From: Mobula hypostoma
Taxonomy: Eukaryota
Length of the DNA stretch: 64,000 bases
Assembly: GCF_963921235.1 (NCBI RefSeq)
Contig: NC_086097.1
Span: 188,792,001-188,856,000, forward strand
Direction: 5' to 3'
Below, piece by piece: positions 52,044 through 63,760 of this stretch. The notes below the pieces were generated by a model. It saw only the letters and a program-made list of their open reading frames with translations, did no database searches and was not told the origin of the DNA. The position numbers and the translations under genes are program-made. Within the stretch, counting starts at the first letter, position 1, and the number at the start of each line of letters is the position of its first letter.

Positions 52044-53249
52044 CCCATGCAAGGCTTATTGAAAAAGTAAGGAGGCATGGGATCCATGGGGACATTGCTC
52101 TATGGATCCAGAACTGGCTTGCCCACAGAAGGCAAAGAGTGGTTGTAGACGGGTCATATTCTACATGGAGGTTGGTCACCGGTGGTGTGCCTCAGGGATC
52201 TGTTCTGGGACCCCTACTCTTCGTGATTTTTATAAATGACCTGGATGAGGAAGTGGAGGGATGGGTTAGAGAAGTTTTCTGATGACACAAAGGTTGGGGG
52301 TGTTGTGGATAGCGTGGAGGGCTGTCAGAGGTTACAGCGAGACATTGATAGGATGCAAAACTGGGCTGAGAAGTGGCGGATGGAGTTCAACCCAGATAAG
52401 TGTGAAGTGGTTCATTTTGTAGGTCAAATATGATGGCAGAATATAGCATTAATGGTAAGACTCTTGGCAGTGTGGAGGATCAGAAGGATCTTGGGGTTCG
52501 AGTCATTAGTACGCTCAAAGCAGCTGCGCAGGTTGACTCTGTGGTTAAGAAGGCGTACGGTGTATTGGCCTTCATCAATTGTGGAATTGAATTTAGGAGC
52601 TGAGAGGTAATGTTGCAGCTATATAGGACCCTGGTCAGACTCCACTTGGAGTACTGTGCTCAGTTCTGGTCGCCTCACTACAGGAAGGATGTGGAAGCCA
52701 TAGAAAGGGTGCAGAGGAGATTTACAAGGATGTTGCCTGGATTGGGGAGCATGCCTTATGAGAATAGGTTGAGTGAACTCGGCCTTTTCTCCTTGGAGCG
52801 ACGGAGAATGAGGGGTGACCTGATAGAGGTGAACAAGATGATGAGAGGCATTGATCGTGTGGATAGTCCGAGGCTTTTTCCCAGGGCTGAAATGGTTGCC
52901 ACAGGAGGACACAGGTTTAAGATGCTGGGGAGTAGGTACAGAAGAGATGTCAGGGGTAAGTTTTTTACTCAGAGAGTGCTGAGTATGTGGAATGGGCTGC
53001 TGGCAACGGTGGAGGAGGTGGATACGATAGGGTCTTTTAAGAGACTTTTAGATAGGTATATGGTGCTTAGTAAAATAGAGGGCTATGGGTAAGCCTAGTA
53101 ATTTCTAAGGTAGGGATATGTTCGGCACAACTTTGTGGGCCAAAGGGCCTGTATTGTGCTGTAGGTTTTCTATGTTTCTATGTTTCTAATGTTGGCATAT
53201 TTCTATATGTCAAGCGACTAAGGTATATATCTGCACATGCTTCTTTTGC

Positions 53250-54150
53250 CTTTCTTAGCAAGCTAGCGTTTTTATAATATTCTCTGAATTAATACCGTGG
53301 AAACTGTGGTAACAATGTTGGGTGAATGAATTCCCAATTATCAGCAAACTTTGTATACTCATCTGCAACAAGTTATGGTCAAAGTGTGCTAGGACCTTGT
53401 CTGGAATGCCATATGTGGCAAATAGGGCCACCAGCTTGTGAAATACATATGTCTGAAGAACTTTTTGATTCAAAGTGTTCTATTTACAAAAAGTTGGAAA
53501 ATAATGGAGAGTCACCTGGTCTCGTTTTAGTCTTAGATGTGAAGAGATTATCTGCCAACTTTATGCAGAGCCAATCTGGCACATCATATTCAACCAGTCT
53601 CTTCCATTTGTTTTGTCTTATCTCCACTGATCTGCACACATCACAGATACATTTCTTTCTTCACAGATATTAGTCGTATTATTATCCAGAAAGCTAAACT
53701 GCTTGGAAATACTGAGCTCATCTTAAATGATGACATGCAGAGGAAGAATGTATGTGAGATCTCTAATCACCCTTGCAATTCCTGCAGCATTTTATGAAGT
53801 GAGGCAGCATCTTCATCAATGGCTTTGATATAGATCAATGTTTCAGGATATTCACTTGCTGCATTTCTGTGAGTTGGTGATCTCGCTCTCCTACAGGAAG
53901 ATACACATGATTCAGTATCCCTGTGAGGAGTTTGATGGAGAGTTTTCAATCGCTGTCAGTTAAAGAGCATCATGAAAAATCTGCTCATGTATACATCATC
54001 CAAATTTTATGGCCAGTGGCTCTATTTTTTTATTTTGAGTCTGGAGCATCTGAGTATTTGCCAACATTCTGAGTGTATATTTGCATGGCACTATTCGGAG
54101 GCATTTATTTGTGGTACCAGCTCTGTGCTGTCAGTAATATGTGCTATGCT
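53250..54150 (-). mobile_element. Ancient Gypsy pol (integrase region) remnant
   Basis: KLVALFATYGIPDKV motif and a nearby HKVG.DLF-like remnant. Confidence 0.55.
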
Positions 54151-56433
54151 ATATAGTATGGTGTAGGCTCTACAATGACCAACTCTTTGATTCATTGAAC
54201 TACTTGCTTATTAATGTCCAGTGAATAAATATCTTGTTTGTTGTCTTAAACGTTAACACACTTTCTTCCTTTAGTTTAGACTTTAATCTGTGCATTCAAA
54301 CACAAAATACTGGAAACACTCTACAGATTAATCAATATTATAGGTCAAAGGGCCTATATCGGAATTCAGAGAGAGAAAGCGAGTTAATTATAGAGATTCC
54401 ATCAGTAGCTATAGAGTATATATTTGCAGGTTATTCATAAACTCTTTGGAGTGATTATGAATTTACAGATATATGATGTTGAGAATGTCTACTGTCTGGA
54501 CATTAAAATGTAGACCACAGGCATAATGCAAGAGACACCGACCACAGGTGCATAGTGGTTGGTTATCTGAACTGTTTCATCAATCTGTGATAATTTCTGT
54601 TTCTCCCTTTTTGCACAGCTGATAAATGGTTTTTGACCTGAAACACTTACTCTTTCTCTTTCAATAGATGCTGCATGTTTTAACACATTTTGAATGGTGT
54701 CTCTTAATTCAGGAGAGATGCAACTAAAAGCAAAATTTAATGATAATGTATCCTTAAAAAAGGAAGTTTCTGTTAGGAAGAATCATATTATGGTAATATA
54801 TTTGTAAACTATAACACTCCTATTCTTACACTTACCATCACTCTCACATGACTTGGAGCATGCTATTCCTATCTTATTTGTTCTGATGAAAGGTCTTTGA
54901 CATGAAACTTTAACTGTTGCTTTTTCCACATACGCTACCTCATCTGTTGAGACTTTCCCTCATTTCCTGTTTTTAATTCAGCTTTTTGGTTTGTTTTTGT
55001 GGGGTCTTTTAATCTCTTAGATTCATCTAAGGTAAAACAAGACCATAGAAGGTACGCAGGCGAACGGAGAACTCACCCAATCTCTTCCCCCATACTGATT
55101 CTGGGCTGAGTAATGACTACTAGACAGGCCAGCCCTTAATGTAAATGCACAATATGTCCCATGCCTTATCATCTAGCAAAAAAACTGTGGTAATTTAGAA
55201 AAAAAAGTTTTATTGTGTTCTTTTAAGACAGGAATGCCATTCAAGAACATGAATTCTCCCAAATGGAAAATCGCACAATGTTCTATCAAAGACAAAACAA
55301 AATAATCCCTACATGATTACATGGTAATAGACTGAAGAATCTGCAACAACTTTGTGAATGACATTAAATTAACTGCTCACCAGTCAAACTATCTCCATTT
55401 TGTTAATGCCATGCTGTTGTACAATAGCAGTAAATCTCAATCCAACAGCAAATAGAGACTGGCATTGGTCATATAAACTTAAAGTTAAAAAAAACATTTA
55501 CCTTGTCTATCAACATTTGTTGCCCACTTTCCCAACCATTTACAGAAACAGATTTGTGTCTCAGTGTCCATTCTTCAGCATTTTACAACTGTGATCACTT
55601 AATCCATAAAATAGCCTTCATCATTTTAGCAAAGTACGTATAGGATCTCCTAGTAAGGTTTGCTGGTTTGTAATATCAATCTTGTCCTCTTTCAATGTAG
55701 CTTGGCTGGGATCAGCTAGCTCAGCATAATCAGAGATCAAATTTGGATTGTATTTAACAAGCACAATGCTAGCTTTAATAACCCAAGTTACTGAATTCAT
55801 ATTTACTTTTGCTATGATAGACATGTCATGCCTTTGATATATCTATCCAATTACTGATTTACAATATTCAAGATTAAGAAAGCTCAGAAATAACTTATGA
55901 AAAGAAAATAAGCTTATGGAATTCAAACTGTTTCAATCCAACTGGTTCCCTGAGGATGAGTCATGGCCAAATTGTCTGCCTTCCTAAGTGAAGACAGCCT
56001 AGAAATTAGAATTCACTTTTTGTTGATGAGGTAAATTCATCATTATTTGTGTTGAACTCAGCAAAAAAAATGAAGCTGTCCAGAAAGGAGTGTGAGGGTG
56101 ATATAGAATCAGAAACTTGCATTAAAATGAATATAAACTGAAATGTAATATTTCTTTAAAAGACTTTGAGTAATTTCTTAAAAAATTTCATTTGCCCACC
56201 TGGTATCCTCTTCCCTCGATAGAGCCTGCAATTGTGTGTTCTAAAATCTGACGTCAAGTTTGTGAACAAGGCAGCCTATCCACTCAAAGCAGCTTATAGA
56301 GTGTAATTAATACCTCAGCACTGAGGATGTTGGCCTAAGTGAAGACAGCTACATTGGTTTTGTTTATCATTTCTGGCGGATTTTGTGGAAGCATCGATGG
56401 TGGTATTTTTTCAGTGCCTTAAAATTTGATATA

Positions 56434-57055
56434 CGAGAGGTAATTGATAAGTTCGTGGCCTAAGGTAGAAGGAGTCAATTTTAGAAAACCTAGCACATTT
56501 ATTTTTCCTACATTTACACACCTAGTCCAGCAGTCATGGAGCATAAGGATCCCTTCTTTGTGGAAGTCAGTGCCTTGGACCTCCAGAAGTGGTCTACACC
56601 AGGGGTGATTGATAAGTTTGTTGTCTAAGGTAGAAGGAGATTAGTTATTAACTTCAAACTTTCTGCATTTTCATTCAAAGAGTTGAACTGCACGAGCATG
56701 TAACGAGAGCGGTATAACTTATTTTCTTCTACCGTAGGCCACAAACTTATCAATCACCCCTGCTATGAGCCACCTGGAGGTCCAAGACGCTCTCATTACA
56801 TGCACGCGCAGTTCAACTCTTTGAGTGATAATGCAGAAAGTTTGAAGTTAATAACTCATCTCCTTCTACCTTAGGCCACGAACACATCAATTACCCCTGT
56901 GTGGACCACTTCTACAAAGAAGGGATCCATATGCTCCATGACCACTGGACTAAGTGTGTACATGTAGGAGGGGACTATGTTGAAAAATAAATGTGCTAGG
57001 TTTTCTAAAATTGAATCCTTCTACCTTAGGCCACGAACTTATCAATCACCCCTCA
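56434..57055. mobile_element. Mariner-like fold-back MITE
   Basis: TA flanks; long TIRs CGAGAGGTAATTGATAAGTTCGTGGCCTAAGGTAGAAGG / CCTTCTACCTTAGGCCACGAACTTATCAATCACCCCTCA, with further internal TIR copies. Confidence 0.85.
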
Positions 57056-58210
57056 TAAATAGTCTAAACATTGGAAGCGAGTAGGAAGCCAGGGATCACA
57101 GCTAGGTAGTAGGTTATGAGTTTTATGCCAGATCTTGATCCTCAAATACCTTTTTCCTAAATTAACCAATGATTCTGGCACATTGATGATGATGGTGAAT
57201 TTCATTATCAACATCTATTTTCACCTAAAAGATGACTCTCATGATACTGTAAATGTTCCATGCTTTCTATAGTCTTACTATGAACCTTTATTGTTGGATG
57301 AAAGTGTCGTGCAGCAGAATTACGTTGAGTTAGTATTGAGTCTATGGACAAGAGTCTTGTGTGCTTCAGTGAAATCACTGGCACAAACAAAAAGCTAATC
57401 TTCAAAACTAATGAGATGTTTTTCAACATATGGTAGTTATACTGCAGGACCAAGGTGATCCAAACCTGTGCATTTGCACAGTCAGGTGGGGTGCTTGAAG
57501 CCAAAGAAAAATTCAAGTATGTCAAAATGAGGTATGAGCAAATAGCTCAGAGGGAAAGCGTTTTTGGGTGATAAAGTGGGTATTAGTGGGCTGCATTTGG
57601 GTGTTGAAAGTTGTAGAAATGTATGGGATCTGCACACCTGTATTGCTCCAATAAAGTCTGTTTAGGAAGATGATTGGGGTTGCTGGAATGGATCACAAAG
57701 AAATAGTTAACAGTATGTCAAATCTGCTTGCACAATGCGGGAAATGACTGTAAGCATGGTGAAGTGCATTTCCAAGCTCTTGCAGGAGCTAGGAGATAAT
57801 GACTTCCTCTTCAGAGGATTTGTTCACTTCTCTGCTGGGGAACTGACGTACATAAACTACTGCTTCAGGGAACACCTGAGGTGATGGCACAGATACAGGC
57901 CACTCTCTGGTCCTCTGCAGTCTCAAGGTGATCCACACCATGATGGAACAGCGTGTAGCACTGAAGGGACAGAGGTAAGATGTTAAGAAAGAAAATGGCT
58001 GTTATGCAAATAATGAACATTATTAGGTGCATGTTTGATACTGAAAAATATGCTGATGTAAATGATGTATCTGGTATAATTTTGTGATGGGTATATTTTC
58101 ACTGGGAAATCATTGCTAGCGTGATTTACACCAAATTAAATCTTTTTGTTTCACACACAAAAAATGCTGGTTAACGCAGCAGGCCAGGCAGCATCTCTAG
58201 GAAGAGGTAC

Positions 58211-58246
58211 AGTCGACGTTTCAGGCCGAGATCCTTCGTCAAGACT
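58211..58246 (-). ncRNA. Minimal type I hammerhead ribozyme motif (Penelope pLTR)
   Basis: Minus strand AGTC-TTGACGA-AGG(atctcgg)CCT-GAA-ACGT-C-GACT: stem I AGTC/GACT, palindromic ACGT stem III, GUC site; U instead of C at core position 3. Confidence 0.65.
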
Positions 58247-60203
58247 AACTGAAAGAAGAGATAGTAAGAGATTTGAAAGTGGGGGGGGGGGGAGATCTGA
58301 GATGATAGGAGAAGGGAGGGATGGAGCTAAGAGCTGGAAAGTTGATTGGCAAAAGGGATAAGAGGCTAGAGAAGGGAGAGGGTCATGGGACGGGAGGCCA
58401 AGGGAGAAAGAAGTGGGGGGGGGGGAGAGCCCAGAGGATGGGCAAGGAGTTATAGTGAGAGGGACAGAGGGAGAAAAGAGAGAGAGAGAGAGAGAGAAAG
58501 GGGGGGGGGAGAAAGAGAGATAAATAAGGGATGGAGTACGAAGGGGAGGTGGGGCATTAACAGAAGTTAGAGAAGTCAATGTTCATGCCATCAGGTTGAA
58601 GGCTACCCAGATGGAATATAAGGTGTTGTTCCTCCAACCTGAATGTGGCTTCATCTTTACAGTAGAGGAGGCCGTAGATAGGCATATCAGAATGGGAATG
58701 GGACGTGGAATTAAAATGTGTGGCCACTGGGAGATCTTGCTTTCGCTGGCGGACAGAGCGTAGGTGTTCAGCGAAACGGTCTCCCAGCCTGTGTCAGGTC
58801 TCACCAATATATAGAAGGCCACATCGGGAGCACCGGACGCAGTATATCACCCCAGTCGACTCACAGGTGAAGTGTCGCCTCACCTGGAAGGACTGTCTGG
58901 GGCCCTGAATGGTGGTGAGGGAGGAAGTGTAAGGGCATGTGTAGCACCTATTCCGCTTAATAGGATAAGTGCCGGGAGGGAGATCGGTGGGAAGGGATGG
59001 GGGGGACGAATGGACAAGGGAGTTGCGTAGGGAGCGATCCCTGCGGAAAGCCTATCGACTCTCACAGCTACCTGGACTATTCCTCCTCCCACCAGGTCTC
59101 TTGTGAAATTCTCGCAATTCCACTGTCTCCGCCGCATCTGTTCCCAGGATGAGGCTTTTCATTCCAGGATGAAGGAGATGTCCTCCTTTTTTAAAGAAAG
59201 GGGCTTTCCTTCCTCTACCATCAACTCTGCTCTCAAACGCATCTCTCCCATTTCACGCACATCTGCTCTCACCTCATCCTCCCGCCACCCCACTAGAAAT
59301 AGTGTTCCCTTTGTCCTCACCTACCACCCCACCAGCCTCCAGGTCCAACATATAATTCTCCGTAACTTCTGCCACCTTCAACGGGATCCCACCACTAAGC
59401 ACATCTTTCCCTCCCCCCCACTCTGCTTTCCGCAGGGATCGCTCCCTACGCGACTCCCTTGTCCATTCGTCCCCCCCATCCCTCCCCACTGATCTCCCTC
59501 CTGGCACTTATCCTGGTAAGCGGAACAAGTGCTACACATGCCCTTTCACTTCTTCCGTTACCACCATTAAGGGTCCCAGACAGTCCTTCCAGGTGAGGCG
59601 ACACTTCACCTGTGAGTCGGCTGGGGTGATATACTGTGTCTGGTGCTGCCAATGTGGCCTTTTATATATTAGCCAGACCCGACGCAGGCTGGGAGACCAT
59701 TTCGTTGAACACCTACGCTCTGCCCACCAGAGAAAGCAGGATCTCCCAGTGGCCACACATTTTAATTCCATGTCCCATTCCCATTCTGATATGTCTATCC
59801 ACGGCCTCCACTACTATCGAGATGAAGCCACACTCAGGTTGGAGGAACAACACCTCATATTCCGTCTGGGTAGCCTCCAACCTGATGGCATGAACATTGA
59901 CTTCTCTAACTTCTGTTAATGCCCCACCTCCCCTTCGTACCCCATCCCTTATTTATTTATAATCCCCCCCCCTTTTTTTCTCCCTCTGTCCCTCTCACTG
60001 TAACTCCTTGCCCATCCTCTGGGCTCCCCCCCCCCCACTTTCTTTCTCCCTAGGTCTCCCGTCCCATGATCCTCTCATATCCCTTTTGCCAATCACCTGT
60101 CCAGCTCTTGGCTGCATCCCTCCCCCTCCTGTCTTCCCCAATCATTTCGGATCTCCCCCTCCCCCTTCCACTTTCAAATCTCTTACTATCTCTTCTTTCA
60201 GTT

Positions 60204-60239
60204 AGTCCTGACGAAGGGACCCGACCCGAAACATCGACT
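60204..60239 (+). ncRNA. Minimal type I hammerhead ribozyme motif (Penelope pLTR)
   Basis: AGTC-CTGACGA-AGGG(acccga)CCC-GAAAC-ATC-GACT; a G>A change breaks the ACGT palindrome. Confidence 0.6.
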
Positions 60240-61772
60240 GTACCTCTTCCTAGAGATGCTGCCTGGCCTGCTGCGTTCACCAGCAGTTTTTGTATGTGTT
60301 GCTTGAATTTCCAGCATCTGCAGATTTCCTTGTGTTTGCGAAATCTTTTTGTTTGTTTGAGTTGTGCAGAAAAAGGGTGCTAATTGATTCAATTTCAAAA
60401 CAAAGGCCCCAAGAGTAATGTGGAACAGTCTTGACTGGCCATGTGGCGGCTCCCAAACAAGTTCTGTGGCAGGGTTGACACGACTTGCCTCCAGATCTCC
60501 AAACTTACAATTATCACAAGCATTGCATTGTATTATACAGGTCCTCACCGATATAGCCTTAACGCCGCTGAATTCTGCCTGATTAAAATGGCAGACAGGT
60601 TGGGATACATGATGAGTGTGACATGACCCTCCACTATAATTATATAAAGCCCTTGTTATTGGCTTAAATCTTCCCATAGCAAGTCAGCTGTATAACAAGT
60701 AAATCTGTGTTAAAGACTGCTTTGCAGTGCGGATTTGTTTTAAAATTATACTCGGAGCCATGGAAGGTTACTGGGTGTAATTAGTTTCCAGAGGTAGTTC
60801 AAATTACATTAGATATAGATCTACAAAATCTTTCAATCTCACTGAACTTTGGAATGAAATGGTTCAACGAATATTATTTGTTTAAATTTCCGTTTTGTCG
60901 TGACTACTTTACTCATTCAAAGGGCCATAGAAGCAGGTACGACAGTCTCGATTTAGTTATGAGATGCACCACAGTTCATGTAAATAACTTTAGACATTTC
61001 TTCCTATGTGCAGTTCACAAGGATCTTGACTGACTGTTAGTTTAGTTTGAAATATTTCAAAAACATACCTACATAGCTTTAATTTGTTCAACAAGACTCC
61101 TAAAGGAACTTGAGTTAGACGACTCCTTTTAAAATGCTCCAGGATATTCACTCAATATAGTACAATTCTCAATTATCAATCATAAATTCTGGGCTTCATT
61201 TGCTTCCTTTCAGCCCACCAGCCCAGAAGGCTAACAGAGAAGAACTGCAAATTGCTGCTCCAAAAGGGACAAAAAGATTCAAGGCATTAATTTTCTTCTT
61301 GGTCCTACATACAGTAGATTAACTCAATCAATTTTCTTGAGTCTTTCCCTGAACTAATTTAAAAGCTTTGTAAAGACTGATTTTTCATCTAACACTCTAA
61401 TATTTATCAATATTAGGATTAACCATTAGAATAGTTCAGTTGTCGGTCTGTTCTCATAGGCGAAGTAACTGGCTCATTCTGCTTAGCTCCTTCCATGAAA
61501 AGACTGGCATTAAAGTGGACTAAGCAATTTTTTTAAAGGAAAATCAGTATTAGCAAACGTAAACAAAGTTTGAATTTTACATCTCATTGTATAAATATAT
61601 ATAGTAGTCTCCATTGATGAATAAAAACAAATGCTAAACACCAATGAGCCTAATTAATTTGATATAAGCATTGTTCAGTGGAGAATTATAGCTGCAGTCT
61701 TCAGAATATGTATAATCCTTCTAATATCACTTAAATAATTCTAAGTGATAAAGCAACTAATGAAAATTTAGT

Positions 61773-61797
61773 TTTATTTCAATATGATTTTTTTATT
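61773..61797 (-). promoter_or_regulatory. Candidate polyadenylation signals for the PSKH gene
   Basis: AATAAA on the minus strand at 61792-61797 and 61773-61778, just after the stop; the AT-rich context makes chance matches likely. Confidence 0.3.
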
Positions 61798-61832
61798 GGG
61801 AGAAAATTATAGTTAGCTTACTAACAAATTAA

Positions 61833-62144
61833 TTACTCTTGCTCTATGTGCTGCTGGTACCACAGGTTGAATTCCCGGATTTCCTTCTCACGCAAACGGC
61901 GTGATTTGCTGGAGCGGCTAGATTTGGTGGTCTCTGCTGACTTCGAGCTTTGACCGCAGGAGGATGCTCTCCTCATCAAGTTCTGGGAGATGGAACGGTG
62001 GAGGTTTTTCATGGAAGATGATGCAGCCATTGTCACAACCCATGGATGTTTCAATGCTTGGGCAGCTGCCATTCTCTCATTAGGGTCTATTGTGATCAGC
62101 CGGTCAATAAAGTCCTTGGCGAGGTTTGACACGTTCGGCCATGG
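61833..62144 (-). CDS. PSKH1/PSKH2: Terminal coding exon of a serine/threonine-protein kinase H (PSKH1-like, possibly the PSKH2 paralogue); upstream exons lie beyond the window
   Basis: Acceptor TTTGGTTTCAG then phase-0 PWPNVSNLAKDFIDRLITIDPNERMAAAQALKHPWVVTMAASSSMKNLHRSISQNL...YQQHIEQE* (103 aa), matching kinase subdomain XI and the PSKH C-tail. Confidence 0.93.
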   Translation of the reverse strand, partial: PWPNVSNLAKDFIDRLITIDPNERMAAAQALKHPWVVTMAASSSMKNLHRSISQNLMRRASSCGQSSKSAETTKSSRSSKSRRLREKEIREFNLWYQQHIEQE

Positions 62145-63658
62145 CTGAAACCAAAGGACAATGTAAAGAGAAATTAATATAAATACAATTGTGATGCATG
62201 ATATTAATGAATTAATTAAAAGTAAACAAATAAACTCTAACAAATTGCTATTCATGTAACCTTTTATTTTGGATTTTGCAGAGATGTATTAAGGACATAA
62301 AACCATAATGACATGAGATTGTGGAGGAGAGGTTGGGTTCAGTATAACTGGAAGTTTGTGGTCAGTGCGGTACAGAAACAGAGAAGATGACCAAAAATAC
62401 TGGAGTATAAAGTTGATTAATCTGGCAATCTAGAGATAATCTGGTAAAACCCAGATATCCCAAGAGAGACCAATGATGGTTACTTCCAGGGCAACATGAT
62501 CACTGTTCCCCTATAATCCACAGGAACGTAAATGGCACCTCACACATAGAAGAACCTATCTGTATTTCTGAAATGACACCTGAATGTTATCGTGTCTCAA
62601 TTCAGAGCAAAAATCAATTTTCAATAATTCAACAGTGACTATGCAAACACTATGCAAACAATTTGCTTGACAATCATACTTTATATAATCTGTAACATTA
62701 AAAATAAGCTTGACCCAGAAGCATTTGCATTTTTAAAAGTTATTGTTAGTTTATAAGCCAGAAAATAAAAACTGAAATACAACAGATTTAGGTAAAAAGT
62801 AGAACATCTCATTGGAAAAGAATTCAGAGTCATTTTCATCAGCAACAGCTTCATAAACACTTTTTTTAAACATTAGACATTGCGCACAAAGGAAACTTTC
62901 CATTTCATTTTAATATAAAGACTTAGTAAACTAATACCCTATTGATGGTGTAAAGTTGCAATAGCAAAACAGCTTTTTGCTGAATCAGCATATGAAGTAC
63001 CATCATGATTATTCAAGACAGACAAAAACAAAGAAAATTTGTGTAAGTGTTTTCAGCTTCTGTAGCAGAACTCCAATTCCTCATTCCTCATTTATGTTTC
63101 TCCATATGGGTAGGAGATTTGAACAGGAGAAACATGCTGGAGAAACAAAAGACCTGAGATCTCTATGCTTGGGAGATCTCATTGTCAAAATTTTCTGTTG
63201 AGGTTCATACATTATGATTACTCTGCAAATGATAATTGGAGTTACTTTCATTCTTCCCATTATTTTGTTGTGTGACGCTTATATTAAATAGGCAACATGG
63301 AAAAGCAAAAGGAAGATATGAAGATCTTCTTTGGATTATATATTAAGACATCAAAGGTTGTAAATGTTTAATATTGCCAATAAAGTCCTAACCCAACAAT
63401 GTACAAAGAAATGCCTGTGAGGAAATAACAGTCCAAAAAAATACAGCAAGCCAAATGGTCATATGTACAGATTGCTTAAACAGATAATTCAATTAACAGC
63501 CAGTAACACATTCAGTAAGAACAGTAAAATGTGATGTTAAAAGGAAAACAGATACAAGGCAAAAAAAGTTCCCTTTTGTAGACAATCTATTTTTGATTGC
63601 AGGAGAATATAGTGCTGAATTACAGGCATGTTTATAGAAAAAGTGATAAGAAAAAAAA

Positions 63659-63760
63659 AATCCTGATGAAGGGTCTTGGCCCAAGACGTCGATTGTTCAT
63701 TCATTTTTATTGATGGTGCCTGACCTGCTGAGTTCCTCCAGCATGTTATGTGTGTTGCAT
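63659..63760 (+). mobile_element. Penelope terminal mini-fragment with degenerate hammerhead, in the PSKH intron
   Basis: AATC-CTGATGA-AGGG..CCC-AAGAC-GTC-GATT followed by GCCTGACCTGCTGAGTTCCTCCAGCA. Confidence 0.7.

Larger units (their letters stand above)
47618..53188 (+). mobile_element. CR1 LINE (47618-47654 and 52044-53188) interrupted by a Gypsy element
   Basis: [17 protein letters not shown] reads through once the Gypsy and one CCCAT copy are removed; (TTCTATGT)n tail. Confidence 0.92.
58152..60340 (+). mobile_element. Penelope-like element with inverted 5' pLTR; GIY-YIG endonuclease remnant
   Basis: FTCESAGVIYCVWC..CGLLYI.QTRRRL..EH..VATHFN..LIFRLGSLQPDGMN (59593-59919); 58152-59051 is an inverted copy of about 59425-60300; 14-bp TSD AAATCTTTTTGTTT (58138-58151 and 60341-60354). 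Confidence 0.92.

Noticed and set aside
53767..53955. Exon-like 60-aa ORF
   Set aside because: Better explained as part of the decayed Gypsy pol remnant
57120..57990. Faint RTE-like and Harbinger-like coding remnants
   Set aside because: Too degraded to assign boundaries or family by eye
62145..62255. Hydrophobic N-terminus of the 140-aa ORF resembling a signal or TM segment
   Set aside because: Intron sequence upstream of the splice acceptor at 62145
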